From an uncultured Chloroflexia bacterium (lineage in GTDB: Bacteria > Chloroflexota > Limnocylindria > Limnocylindrales > CSP1-4), in the NCBI GenBank assembly GCA_963718285.1, contig CAVQYU010000001.1, positions 11,799-75,798 on the forward strand: 64,000 nucleotides of DNA, given 5' to 3'. The notes under the pieces were generated by a model. The model searched no databases. It was not told the origin of the DNA and saw only the letters and a program-made list of their open reading frames with translations. The translations under genes were made by a program, and so were the position numbers. The first letter of the stretch is position 1. The number at the start of each line of letters is the position of its first letter. This document shows positions 21,988-34,173 of this stretch, piece after piece.

Positions 21988-22160
21988 GATCGGCAGGGCG
22001 TCCGTTCGAGGCTACCATGCAGGCTCGGGTCCACGGTGAGCGGGTTGCCTCGGCCAGCGAGGCCTGGAGGGCACCGAGGCTGAGCGCCGGACCCCCGGCG
22101 CGAGCCACCCTGACCTTCGGCTCGTCGTCGGCGCCGGCAGGACCGGGCTAGGATGGCCGG

Positions 22161-23279
22161 GTGTCCAGCCTCACCACGCTCGCGGTCATTGGCCCGACCG
22201 GCGCCATCACCCTGGCGGTGATGGGCATCGGCGCCGGCCTGGCGCTCCTCGTCCGGGGCCTGGGCGGCTATCGCCGGGCCAGCCTGATCTCCGATATCGC
22301 CAGCGCCACGATCAGTGCCGTGGCGGTCGGCGAGAACCGGATCAGCGGCACGATCGAGGCGGCCGAGCTGACCCTGACCTCGCCCCTCCAGTCGGCACCC
22401 TGCGTCTACTACCGATCGAGCGTGACCGAGGACAACAGTCGCTCGAGCAACCGGATCTTCCACGACGAGCGGGCCGTCGGCTTCCGTGTCCGCGACGCCA
22501 GCGGCACCCTGCGGGTCTTCCCGCGCGGAGCCGCGTTCGACGTGCCCGATGTCTTCGACGCTCGGAGCGGGATCATGGGCGACGAACCCAGCGGGCTGCG
22601 ACTTCGCGAAGGTCCGGCCACGGCCACGGCGGAACCCGACCAGGCTGCCCAGATCGCGGACCTGCTCACCGTCCACGTGCCCGGCTCGGCTCTCGACGGA
22701 TCAGACGGCTCGCCGGCCCTGGACGTGGGCGGAAGTCCGGCGGGTCCCTGCTGGGCGGCCGCCGCCACTACCGCGAGGCTCGCCTGGCGGTCGGCGATCC
22801 TGTCACCATCATTGGGATGGTCCTGCCATTCGACCAGCTGACGGATCCGGACGGCTCGGATGAGCTCGACGGTGCCCTCGACGTCGGGAGGGGCGATCCC
22901 GAGGTTGCCGCCGACCTGGCCGCCGCGCGCGCCTCGGGCGGCCTGGCCAGCAGTCCAGAGCAGGCCTGGGGCAACGCCGCCATCCCTGGCTTCGGGATCG
23001 GTCAGCCCGTTCGCTCGCCGAGGCTGGATCCGGCCGCCCGGCCCGAGCCGCTGGCCGGCCGCCGAGGCCGCCGGCCAGGCCCAGCGCACGTTCGACATCG
23101 AGCCCGGCAGCCTGGTCCTCGCCTGCCAGCCGGGCCAGCGCCTGCTGGTCACCGCAGGCTCGCCCAGCCTGGCCGTCCAACGTGCCGACGACCGGTTCAT
23201 GGTCGGACTGCTGGGCGGGGCCCTGGCGATCGCGTCAGCCCTGGCCCTGGCCTGGCTGGCCAGCGGTGGCCTGGGCTGA
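22161..23279 (+). pseudogene. membrane protein, GIDE-like; two compensating frame changes as assembled
   Basis: An N-terminal TM segment is followed by GENRISGTIEAAELTLTSPLQSAPCVYYRSSV, which resembles bacterial GIDE-domain proteins. It continues in the frame of ORF 22817.. (VGDPVTIIGMVLPFDQL), then ORF 22860..23279, which ends in a C-terminal TM segment. The family call is tentative. Confidence 0.45.
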
Positions 23280-23939
23280 TGTTCTACCTCAGGGCCGGCG
23301 CGTTCGCGGTCCTGGTCGTGCTCGTGGTGTTCGGCTTCCTCGATCTTCGTGACCTACAACGAGGTGGTCGCCTTGACCCAGCGGATCAACAAGGCCTGGG
23401 CCAACATCGATGTCGCCCTGCGCCAGCGCTTCGACGAGCTGCCCAACCTGGTCGCGGCCGTGCGCGGGGTGATGGGCTTCGAGCAGGAGGTCCTGACCGA
23501 GGTCACCCGGCTGCGCAACGCCTACTCGAGCGAGGTGCCGGTTCCCCAGCAGGCGGTCACCTCGGAGGCGACCAGCCAGGCCGTGCGCCGGCTGTTCGCG
23601 ACCGTCGAGAACTACCCCAGCCTCAAGTCGGCCACCAACGTCCTCGCCCTGCAGGCCGAGATCCAGCGGCTGGAGGACGTGATCGCCGATCGGCGCGAGC
23701 TGTACAACGACTCCGTCGCCCGCTACAACACCCGGATCCGGCAGGTCCCGGCGGTGCTCATGAGCGGCCTGTTCGGCTGGCTGCCGCGGACCTTCTTCGC
23801 GGCCGACGAAGCGGAGCGGGCGAACCGCCCGGTCAGCCTGTCGAGGGTCCCGCCCGAGGGCGGCCAGCCGCCCGTCCAGACGACCGACCTGGCCACCGGC
23901 CAAGCGCCCAGTCAGCCTTCCGACCGGGCCTCCGACTAG
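23279..23939 (+). pseudogene. lemA: LemA family protein, one frameshift after the N-terminal TM helix (~23345)
   Basis: MFYLRAGAFAVLVVLVVFGF (from ATG 23279, TGATG overlap), then in ORF 23349..23939: YNEVVALTQRINKAWANIDVALRQRFDELPNLV...VENYPSLKS...RRELYNDSVARYNTRI. Confidence 0.85.
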
Positions 23940-24846
23940 CCCTTGGTCGAGCCCAGGGTCAGGCCCCGGATGAACTGGCGCTGGAACAGGAGGAAGACGA
24001 GGATCGTGGGGATGGCGACCATCAGGGCCGCCGCCGCCAGGACGTTCGTGTCGGTGAAGTAGGCCCCCTTGAGGTTGTTCAGGGCCGAGGTGATCGGCCG
24101 CTTCGAGCCGGTGACCATCAGCAGCAAGGCCCAGAAGAAGTCGTTGTAGATGAACGTGAACTCGAGCGTGCCGAGGGCGGCCAGGGCCGGCGCGCAGAGC
24201 GGCAGGATCACGCTCCGGTAGGTCCGGAAGACCGACGCGCCATCGACCAGGGCGGCCTCGTTCAGCTCCCTGCGGCAGGGTCCGCATGTAGTTGCTCAGG
24301 ACGAAGATGCAGAAGCCGATCTGGAAGACGACGTGGATCAGGATGATCCCGATGTACTGGTCGTAGAGCAGGCCATTGTCGCTGAGCGGGTGCGGGACCG
24401 GGATCGCCAGGTACATGTAGTAGAGCGGCACGATGATGACCTGCGGCGGCAGCAGGTTGCCGGCCGTGAACATGAGCAGGAAGAACAGGTTGAGCCGGCT
24501 CGATGACCCGGCTCAGGGCGAACGCGACCACCGACGAGACGAGCAGGACGATGATGACCGCCGGAACGGCCACGATCAGGGTGTTGAGGTAGTAGTAGCC
24601 CAGGTTGGCGTTGGTGAAGCCATCGATGTAGTTCTGGAAGCTCAGCGATGGTCGGCGACGACGGTAGCCGTTCTTGATCGTGTCGGAAGCGGCCGGAGGG
24701 ACGGTGTAGAAGGCCCACAGCAGCGGGAAGATCCAGATCAGCGACATCACGATCAGGAAGGCGTGGAGGGCGACCCGGCGGCGCTTGATCCGGCGCTTGG
24801 GCGGCGCGGCGGCGATGTTCGCGCCGGCCGCGGTCACGGCGGTCAT
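23936..24846 (-). pseudogene. carbohydrate ABC transporter permease (MalG-like), at least 3 frameshifts
   Basis: MTAVTAAG...HAFLIVMSLIWIFPLLWAF, YYLNTLIVAVPAVIIVLLVSSVVAFALSR, GIILIHVVFQIGFCIFVLSNYMRTLP, PALAALGTLEFTFIYNDFFWALLL, all spread over three minus-strand frames. Confidence 0.8.
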
Positions 24847-25818
24847 TCGGTCGGTGTTGCCCATCGCCCGGCTCAGGAAGATCACGATCGGGACCAGCGA
24901 GATCACGAGCAGGACAACCGCGATCGACGAGCCGAAGCCCGATCAGGTCGGCCTCGCTCAGGCTGTTGTTGGTGATCACGGTCGACAGCAGCTGCAGCCC
25001 GTTCGTGCCCTGGTTGATGATGTACACCAGGTCGAAGGCGCGGAGCGATTCGATCACGGTGACAACCACGATCACGACGTTGATCGGGGCCATGACCGGG
25101 AAGATGACCCGGAAGAACGTCTGTCGCTCGGAGGCGCCGTCGATGGCGGCGGCCTCGCGCAAGGTCGGGTCGACACTCTTCAGCCCGGCCAGGTACAGGA
25201 TCATGACGTAGCCGACATGACGCCAGCTGGCAGCAATCAGGACGAACCAGATGTTAAATGCGGGATTTCCAAGCAAGTCGATCTCGTTCGACGGCTTGGT
25301 CAGGCCGAGGGCGCCATTGATGAACCCATCCGGAGCGTACTGGAGCTGCCAGATGAAGCCAACGACCGCCAGTGACAGGACCACGGGCAGGTAGAAGAAG
25401 TTCTGGTAGATCCGGCTGCCCTGGATCTCGCGATCGAGCAGGACCGCCAGGAAGATCCCGATCGGCGTGGCGATGAGCACGAAGAAGCCCAGCCAGAGGA
25501 GATTGTTCCTGATGGCGATCCAGAACTGGCTGTACTGGGTGAACAGGAACTGGTAGTTCTTGAGGCCCGACGATGTTGTTCGAGCGTGATCGAGCCGATC
25601 CCCTGCCAGTTCGTGAACGACAGGAGGATCGAGGCCAGGGTCGGTGCCCAGATGAACACGAGATCCAGGGCAACCGGGATCCCGACCATGAGCAGCAGGA
25701 CGATCCGGTCTCGCCGGGTGATGACGCTGTAGCGGCGCCTGCGCGGACCCGACGAACGAACCCCCGCTCCGGTTGGCGCCGGAGCGGGGGTGAGGCCGAC
25801 TGCCTGGGTGTCAGGCAT
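24847..25818 (-). pseudogene. carbohydrate ABC transporter permease (MalF-like), frameshifted
   Basis: RDRIVLLLMVGIPVALDLVFIWAPTLASILLSFTNW (ORF 25300..25818); SWRHVGYVMILYLAGLKSVDPTLREAAAIDGASERQTFFRVIFPVM (EAA loop, ORF 24338..25480). The 3' boundary with the next permease is unresolved. Confidence 0.8.
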
Positions 25819-25838
25819 GGCCGGGGCTGAAGAGGAGC

Positions 25839-27241
25839 CTAGACCGTTGCGGGCGGCAGGGCGTCCCAGAAGGCCTGGATCTGCCCCTGGAGGGCCGTGG
25901 TATCCGCCGTTGGATTGGCCAGGAACGTCTGCAGGAAGCTCTGCATGCCGTTCGCGCCAGCGAAGTCCGGGCGCGAGTCCCGGTCCAGGAACTGGGTGAT
26001 CTTGTTGGCCGAGCTGACGATCGACTGGGCCTTCTTCTGAAGGTCCGTGTAGCTGCTCGTATCGGTGTCGTTGGCCGTCGGGATGAAGCCCGGCTGGTTC
26101 TGGAACATGATCAGCTGGGTCGAGCCCTTGGCCCAGAAGGCCAGGTACGCCTTGGCCGTGTCGAGGTCGGCCTGGAGGGTGGGTGACTTGGCGCTGATCA
26201 TCCAGATGTCGATCGGCGCGTCGAGCGCGTTCTCGGCGTCGTACGAGGTGCCCAGGTCAGGGAACGGGAAGAAGTCGACGTCGGCCAGGTCGGCCGGGTT
26301 CTTGGTCGCCGCGAATTCGGCGGTCATGAACAGGCCGAGCAGGTACATCCCGGACTTCTTCTGGACCAGGGTGTCGGCCGCCTGCTGCCAGGTCAGGCCG
26401 GCATAGGTCGTGTCGTGGAAGGGCATGATCTCGGCCCACTTCTTGAACACGGCGGTGACCTTGGGATCGGTCCACTTCTGCTTGCCGGTCAGGAGCTGGG
26501 TATGGAAGTCATAGCCGTTCATGCGCAGGTTGAGGATGTCGAACGTGCCCATCGCGGGCCAGCCGTCCTTGTCGCCGAAGGCGATCGGGATCAGGCCGTC
26601 GCTCTGCATCTTGGTGCCAGGGTCTTCAGGTCGTCCCACGTCGTGGGCACGGTGTAGCCCTTGTCGGCGAAGACGCTCTTGCGATAGAAGACGGCCCACG
26701 GGTAGTAGTCGACCGGGATGCCATAGACCTTGCCGTCGTCGCCGGTGACCGAGGTCGCGAAGGCGCTCGGTGAAGTTGCTCTTGACCTTGGCTCCACACG
26801 TCGTCGATCGCGGTGGTCAGGCCCTTGGCCGCGAAGAAGCGCATCCGGTAGCCGGAGAACCAGGTAAAGTCGTCGTCCGGCGTGCCCTGGAGGTAGGCCG
26901 CGATCTGGTTCTGGAAGGTGTCGTGGTCAACCTGGTTCTGGACTTGACCGTGACGCCCGGGTTGGCCGCCATCGAAGGCGGCGTTGATCGCGGCCCATGC
27001 CCTTGGACTCGCCTGGGTCCGAGTGGTTGCTGCCGATCGTGACCGTACCGGTCACGGTTCCCTGCCGCCGCCGCTGCTCGGCGCCGTCGGTGCCGCTGCA
27101 GTCGAGCACGCCGCCAGGATCGTGGGCACGGCGGCGGCGCCGGCTACGACAGCCATCCCCTTGAGGACGTTCCGCCGGCAGACGCTGCGCAAGCTCGTCG
27201 ATGGACGGCGCCTCCGGCTCCGGCGCGTCTTGAATTGCCAT
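25839..27241 (-). pseudogene. carbohydrate ABC transporter substrate-binding lipoprotein, at least 4 frameshifts
   Basis: ATG at 27241 follows AAGGAGGAGGAAC. Pieces across frames: GKVYGIPVDYYPWAVFYRKSVFADKGY, IAFGDKDGWPAMGTFDILNLRMNGYDFH..., and a signal/lipobox-like stretch. Confidence 0.8.
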
Positions 27242-27496
27242 GTTCCTCCTCCTTCGGCTCTGCCAGCCGCTCTGTTGCGTTGTTAAACAGAAACCGACAA
27301 ACCCAAACGGATTGTCGGCCGCGTCGCGGGGGCTTGTCAAGGGATTCCAACGAGTACCTACAGAAACAATGTAGCACTGCGTTGACTTATGGCGGTATTC
27401 TTCGGGACCCGCGGCCGAGCCTGCCCGGGCAATGGGAGATGCAGTGACTCGATCTGGTGGAACGGCGGCGGCCCGGCGGGCCGCGCTTCGCGCGCG

Positions 27497-28311
27497 ATGC
27501 TAGCTCGCCAGCGCCAGGCCTACATCCTCGATCGCGTCCGCGAGGACGGCGGCGTCCGGGTGGCCGACCTCGTCCGGGAGCTGGGCGTGTCGGACATGAC
27601 GATCCGGCGGGACATGGAGCTCCTCCACGAGCGCGGCCTGATCGAGAAGGTCCATGGCGGGGCGACGGCGCTGCCCGGGAGCGCCCTGTTCGAGCCCGGC
27701 TTCGCGGCCAAGTCCGCCCTCCAGGAGGCCGAGAAGGAGGCCATCGTCGAGGCCGCGGCGGGCCTGATCGAACCGGGCACGGCCGTCGGCATCTCGGCCG
27801 GCACCACGACCTACGCCCTGGCCCGGCGCCTCGTCGACGTGGTCGGCCTGACCGTCGTCACCAACTCAGTCCGGGTCGCCGACATGCTCCACGACGCCGG
27901 CCGGCCGGACCAGACGATCATCATGACCGGCGGGGTCCGCACGCCGTCGGACGCCCTGGTCGGGCCGTTCGCCGTGGCGGCCCTGCGCAGCGTCCACGTC
28001 GACCTGGTGTTCATGGGCGTCCACGGCATGGACGCCCACTCGGGCTTCAGCTCGCCCAACCTGCTGGAGGCCGAGACCAACCGGGCCCTCATCGAGGCCG
28101 GCGGCCGGCTGGTCGTGGTGGCCGACCACACCAAGTGGGGCCAGGTCGCCCTGAGCTCGATCGCCCGGCTCGACCAGGCCGACATGGTGATCAGCGATAC
28201 CGGCCTCGGCGAGGATGCCCGGGAGACTGCTGGCCGAGCCGCGTCCGCGAGCTGATCCTGGTCGACCCGCTGCCGGCGTCGTGGGCCCGCCGCGGGCGCC
28301 GGCCAGGATGA
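27497..28311 (+). pseudogene. DeoR-family transcriptional regulator, one frameshift near 28215
   Basis: MLARQRQAYILDRVREDGGVRVADLVRELGVSDMTIRRDMELLHERGLIEKVHGGA (HTH) plus a sugar-binding DeoR C-terminal domain. The tail continues in another frame (RVRELILVD). Confidence 0.8.
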
Positions 28312-29481
<1,170 letters not shown>

Positions 29482-29588
29482 CTCGGACCCGAGCGCTGAC
29501 TGAGCCGATCGATCCGGCCGGCCTGCGCGCCGGCTGAGCTAGATCGAACCGGCGAAGCCGGCAGCGGCCCGACGCGACGGGCCGGCCG

Positions 29589-30701
29589 ATGCCATCCAGG
29601 TCGTGCGCGCACCCGGGCCGGGTGAACCTGATCGGCGAGTACACCGACTTCAACCAGGGCTATCGTGCTGCCGGCGGCGATCGATCGCGAGATCCGGCTG
29701 GCCTTCGTGCCGAGTGCCGACCGGCGGGTCGTCCTCCATCGGCTCGACACAGGCGAGCAGGGCGACTTCGACCTCGACGGCCGGCCCCGCGCCAGGGCAG
29801 CTGGCTCGACTACGCGTGGGTACCGCCTGGGCCCTGGCCGGGGCGGGCCTGCCCCTGACGGCCTGCGGGCGGTCATCGGGCCGAACCTGCCGGCAGGCGC
29901 GGGCCTGTCTTCCTCGGCGGCGATCGAGCTGGCCCTGGCCCATGCCTTGCTGGCCGAGGCGCCGCCGCCGACCCGCTGGTCCTGGCCCGGATCGCGCAGC
30001 GCGCCGAGAACGAGTTCGTGGGCGTCCAGTCGGGTCTGATGGACCAGTTCGCCGTTGCCGCCGGGCAGGCCGGCGCGGCCCTTCTCCTCGATTGCCGCTC
30101 CGCGAGTGGCGACCGGTCGGATTGCCCCTGGACGAGGTCAGCCTCGTCGTGTGCGACACCGGCGAGGTCCGCCGCCTGACGGGCTCGGAGTACAACGTCC
30201 GGCGGGCCCAGTGCGACACCGCGGTGGCGATCCTGGCCGAGCATGACCCCGACCGTGCTCTCGCTGCGCGATGTTCCGGCCGGCCCTCCTGGCCGAGGCG
30301 GCCGCCGGCAACTGGCTGGAGCCCGCGGTCCAGCGACGGGCCGAGCACGTCGTGGCCGAGAATGGCCGGGTGCTCGAAACGGTCGAGGCATTCGGAGCGG
30401 GCGACCTGGCCGCCGTTGGGCGGCTCTTCGCCGCCAGCCACGCCTCGCTGCGCGACCTGTTCGAGGTCAGCTCGGCGCGCTCTGGACGCGATGGTCGAGG
30501 TTGCCCTGGCGCACGCCCGGCGTGATCGCTGCCCGGATGACCGGCGCCGGCTTCGGCGGTTGCACGGTGAACCTGGTCCGGCCCGATGCGATCGAGCGGC
30601 TGCGCAACGCGGTGACGTCGACCTACGCTGAGCGGGTGGGACTGAAGCCCAGGGTGTTCACCGTCCGGCCCGTCGCCGGGGCGGGGCCGATGGCTTCGTG
30701 A
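29589..30701 (+). pseudogene. galK: galactokinase, about 5 frameshifts
   Basis: PGRVNLIGEYTDFNQGY; LPAAIDREIRLAF; [21 protein letters not shown]; RRAEHVVAENGRVLE; ARMTGAGFGGCTVNLV. The true start probably lies upstream of 29589. Confidence 0.85.
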
Positions 30702-31546
30702 CCATCAGCCTGGCCGCGGCGGCCATCCGGGCGCTGGTTGACCCGGCAGCCGGCGGCCGGCTGGCGTCCCTGGTCGTCGCCGGGCGAGAGCGCCTGGTCA
30801 CCGGCCCGCAGGCCGGCTCGGCCCTGCCTTCGATCACCTGGGGCAGCTTCCTGATGGCCCCCTGGGTCGGCCGGCTGGCCGAAGGGCCGGCTGGACTGGC
30901 GCGGACGATCGGCCGAGCTGCCCCGCAATCTCGAGGGCACGCGATCCATGGCGCCGTCTTCGACCGGCCCTGGCAGGTCGACGGCCAGGATGCCCGGTCG
31001 GTCCAGTTGAGCTCTGCGCTCCCCGCTGACCGCTGGCCGTTCCGGGGCCGGATCCGCCAGGAGATCAGCCTGGGCGGGCGCTCGATCCGGTTCATGGCCC
31101 AGATCGAGGCGGAGGAGGCGATGCCGGCCGCGATCGGCTGGCACCCCTGGTTCATGCGCGGCGCAGACGACCTGGCCCTGACGGTCCTGGCCAATCGGCG
31201 CCTGGAGCTGGGACCCGACCTGATCCCCACCGGCGAGAGCCGGCCGGTCGCCGGCGCCGACGACCTCCGGACCGGGCCGCTGCTGGGGGATCGCCGCCTG
31301 GACGACGTCTACCTCGATGTCGCCAGCCCGGCGCGGGTGCGTTGGCCGGACCTGGATCTCCGGCTCGAGTTCGGGCCGCCGCTCGTCAGCGTCGTCGTCT
31401 TCTCGCCACCCGGCTCGGCCTGCCTGGAGCCGGCCAGCGCCTGGCCGGACGCCGTCCGGCTGGCCGGGGCGGGCGTGACGGGCACGGGCCTCGTCGAGCT
31501 CGACGCCGGGACCAGCCTGGTCGCGTCGATGACCTGGCGGTGGTGA
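30698..31546 (+). CDS. aldose 1-epimerase family protein; ORF is open but contains a likely compensating indel pair
   Basis: LMAPWVGRL...HAIHGAVFDRPWQV...GWHPWF... The segment at about 30886..30936 reads better in the +1 frame (RLDWRGRSAELPRNLEG). Confidence 0.7.
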   Translation: MTISLAAAAIRALVDPAAGGRLASLVVAGRERLVTGPQAGSALPSITWGSFLMAPWVGRLAEGPAGLARTIGRAAPQSRGHAIHGAVFDRPWQVDGQDARSVQLSSALPADRWPFRGRIRQEISLGGRSIRFMAQIEAEEAMPAAIGWHPWFMRGADDLALTVLANRRLELGPDLIPTGESRPVAGADDLRTGPLLGDRRLDDVYLDVASPARVRWPDLDLRLEFGPPLVSVVVFSPPGSACLEPASAWPDAVRLAGAGVTGTGLVELDAGTSLVASMTWRW

Positions 31547-31652
31547 CGAAACGCACCGCAGAATCATTGATAACGGTGGTTCGTCAGGATTATCCCAGCG
31601 CGATGACCGAAACTGGGCCGACCGTGCCGTGCCCGCCCCTGGAGAGCAAGCG

Positions 31653-32483
31653 ATGACCGAACCGATCCAGCCCGTGATCACCACCCGACTGCCGGGCCCC
31701 AACCCGATCCGGGTGGCCATCGTGGCCGCCGTCGTGATCGTGCTGGCCCTGTCGGCCGTGATCACCCTGGCCGCTTCACCCAGCCCGGCCGTCACCGGTG
31801 CCGCGCCGAGCGCCGCGGCTGCCTCGGCGGGCACGAAGCACCTCGGACCGAGCACGCCCGGACGAGGCCCGGCTTCCGGCTTCGGCGCACGGATCGGCGG
31901 CTTCGGCTTTGCCTTCGGCGGCTTCGGCTCGTTCGGCAACGCGGGCATCGGCGGGGCGACGATTGCGGCGATCAACGGCTCGAGCCTGTCCCTCAAGACC
32001 GCCGACGGCTGGACTCGCACGATCACCGTGGGTAGCTCGACCAAGCTCAGCCGGGCGGGCAAGACGATCGGCCTGGGCGAACTCAAGGTCGGCGACACGA
32101 TCGGCTTTCGGGAGACGAAGGCCAGCGACGGGACCTACACGATCAATGCGATCACGGTCATCCTGCCCACCCTGGCCGGCCAGGTGACCGCGATCAGCGG
32201 AAATACGATCACGATCAAGCAGTTCAACGGCACGGCCGGGACGATCCACGTGACCGGCTCGACCACGTTCCGGATCTTCGGCACGGACAAGGCCACGCTC
32301 GCCAACCTCAAGGTGGGCATGACCGTCGGCGCCCAGGGCACCAAGGCCAGCGACGGCTCGCTCGATGCCCTGTCCGTGTCGGGCGGCCAGTTCAAGCTGC
32401 CCGGCCCGGGCCACAAGGTGCCCGGCAAGCCTGACGCCAACCCGAATGGCTCGGCCAAGCCCAACGCTTCGACCAAGCCCTGA
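31653..32483 (+). CDS. membrane-anchored/secreted protein with two DUF5666-like beta-rich repeats
   Basis: ATG at 31653 follows GGAGAG. A TM helix (VAIVAAVVIVLALSAVITLAA) and a Gly-rich linker precede two similar modules (...ITVGSSTKLSRAGKTIGLGELKVGDTIGFR... and ...IHVTGSTTFRIFGTDKATLANLKVGMTVGAQG...). Confidence 0.6.
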   Translation: MTEPIQPVITTRLPGPNPIRVAIVAAVVIVLALSAVITLAASPSPAVTGAAPSAAAASAGTKHLGPSTPGRGPASGFGARIGGFGFAFGGFGSFGNAGIGGATIAAINGSSLSLKTADGWTRTITVGSSTKLSRAGKTIGLGELKVGDTIGFRETKASDGTYTINAITVILPTLAGQVTAISGNTITIKQFNGTAGTIHVTGSTTFRIFGTDKATLANLKVGMTVGAQGTKASDGSLDALSVSGGQFKLPGPGHKVPGKPDANPNGSAKPNASTKP

Positions 32484-32553
32484 CCCGTTCGGGGCGCCTC
32501 GCTAGGGCATCCGCCCGATAGACCCCGCGCCAGGCCGGGCCTAGGCTCGGGCC

Positions 32554-34167
32554 ATGCCTCCCAACGGGCCTCGCGTTGCCCTCGAGGGCAGCGTCCGTTC
32601 CTTGCCGCCCGGGTCTCGCGACCTGGGCCCGGCCTCGCCTGATGAGCGGGTCGAGGTCACGATCCGCCTCCGATCGGGCCGACCTGCCCAGGCAGCCGGA
32701 TCCGTGAGCGCCGCGATGGCGGCAGCCCAGGCCGGCCGCGAGCAGATCAGCCGGGAGCAGTTGGGCGAGGCGACCGGTGCGGACCCGGCCGATCTCCGGG
32801 CGGTGGCTGAATTCGCCCGCGAGAGCGGGCTGGAGGTCATTGCCAGCGAGGCCGGCCAGCGTCGGGTCGTCGTCGGCGGCCCGGTCAGCGCCGTGACCAG
32901 GGCCTTCGGCGTCGAGCTGCGGCGGTTCGAGCAGGCCGGCACGAGCTGGCGCGGGCGAACCGGCCCGATCACCCTGCCGCGGGAGCTGGGCCCGATCGTC
33001 GAAGGCGTCTTCGGGCTCGACGACCGGCCCCAGGCCTGGCCCCACTTCAGAGTCTTCGGCGGCGATCCGGCCGATCCGCCGGCACCCTCGGGCGTCGCCC
33101 GGCCGGCCAGTGCTCCGGTTCGCAGCTTCAGCCCGCCCCAGATCGCCCAGCTCTACGACTTCGTGCCCGACGCCGACGGCAGCGGCCAGGCGATCGCCCT
33201 GATCGAGCTGGGCGGCGGCTTTCGCGAGGAGGACCTGGCCAGCTGGTTTGCCGGCCTGGGCATCCCCCAGCCGGTCGTTGCGACGGTCCTGGTCGACGGC
33301 GGCCGAAATCAGCCAACCACGCCCGACAGCGCCGACGGCGAGGTCATGCTCGATATCGAGATCGCCGGATCGGTCGCGCCCGGTGCGACGATCGTGGTCT
33401 ACTTCGCGCCCAATACCGATCGTGGCTTCCTCGATGCGATCACCCAGGCGGTCCACGACACGACCCACCGGCCATCGGTCATCTCGATCAGCTGGGGTGG
33501 CCCCGAGTCGGCCTGGACGAGCCAGGCCCTGACGGCCATGGACCAGGCCTTCGCCGATGCGGCCCTGCTCGGCGTCACGGTCACCTGTGCGTCGGGCGAC
33601 AACGGCTCGGACGACCGGGTCGGTGACGGCCGGGCCCATGCCGACTTCCCGGCCTCGAGCCCGCACGTGCTGGCCTGTGGCGGGACGCGCCTGAACGGCA
33701 CGGCCGGGGCGATTGGGGACGAGGTCGGCTGGAACGATGGGCCGGCCGGCGGTTCGACCGGCGGCGGCATCAGCGACGTGTTCGACTTGCCGGCCTGGCA
33801 GTCGGCCGCCGGCGTGCCTGCCTCGGCCAATCCGGATCGACGGGTCGGCCGGGGCCTGCCCGATGTCGCGGGCGATGCCAGCCCCGCCACCGGCTACGCC
33901 GTCCGGGTCGACGGGCGCGACCTGGTCTTCGGCGGGACGAGCGCCGTGGCACCGTTGTACGCCGCCCTGGTGGCCCGGCTCAACCAGCGCCTGGGGCGGT
34001 CGGTCGGCTTCCTCAACCCAGCTCTGTACGGTCCGGCCGCCGGTGCGATCCGGGACATCACCGCCGGGGACAACGGCGCCTACCGGGCCGGGCCCGGCTG
34101 GGACGCCTGCACGGGTCTCGGGCGGATCGACGGAGCTCAGCTCCTGGCCGCGCTCAGCCGAGCCTGA
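32554..34167 (+). CDS. S53 (sedolisin/kumamolisin-like) serine-carboxyl peptidase with pro-domain
   Basis: Intact 537 codons. The pro-kumamolisin-like N-terminus (ERVEVTIRLR...) is followed by GSGQAIALIELGGGF, ADGEVMLDIEI, SISWGG, CASGDNGS and GGTSAVAPLYAAL (Ser nucleophile). Confidence 0.85.
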   Translation: MPPNGPRVALEGSVRSLPPGSRDLGPASPDERVEVTIRLRSGRPAQAAGSVSAAMAAAQAGREQISREQLGEATGADPADLRAVAEFARESGLEVIASEAGQRRVVVGGPVSAVTRAFGVELRRFEQAGTSWRGRTGPITLPRELGPIVEGVFGLDDRPQAWPHFRVFGGDPADPPAPSGVARPASAPVRSFSPPQIAQLYDFVPDADGSGQAIALIELGGGFREEDLASWFAGLGIPQPVVATVLVDGGRNQPTTPDSADGEVMLDIEIAGSVAPGATIVVYFAPNTDRGFLDAITQAVHDTTHRPSVISISWGGPESAWTSQALTAMDQAFADAALLGVTVTCASGDNGSDDRVGDGRAHADFPASSPHVLACGGTRLNGTAGAIGDEVGWNDGPAGGSTGGGISDVFDLPAWQSAAGVPASANPDRRVGRGLPDVAGDASPATGYAVRVDGRDLVFGGTSAVAPLYAALVARLNQRLGRSVGFLNPALYGPAAGAIRDITAGDNGAYRAGPGWDACTGLGRIDGAQLLAALSRA

Positions 34168-34173
34168 CTGACC

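Noticed and set aside
27242-27496. Small inverted repeats in the deoR / sugar-binding-protein intergenic region (TCTGTT..AACAGA, CCGACAA..TTGTCGG, CTACA..TGTAG) as DeoR operators.
   Set aside because: The idea is plausible, but each stem is only 5-7 bp in a 255-bp region, and I cannot separate them from chance without comparative data. They are not listed as features.
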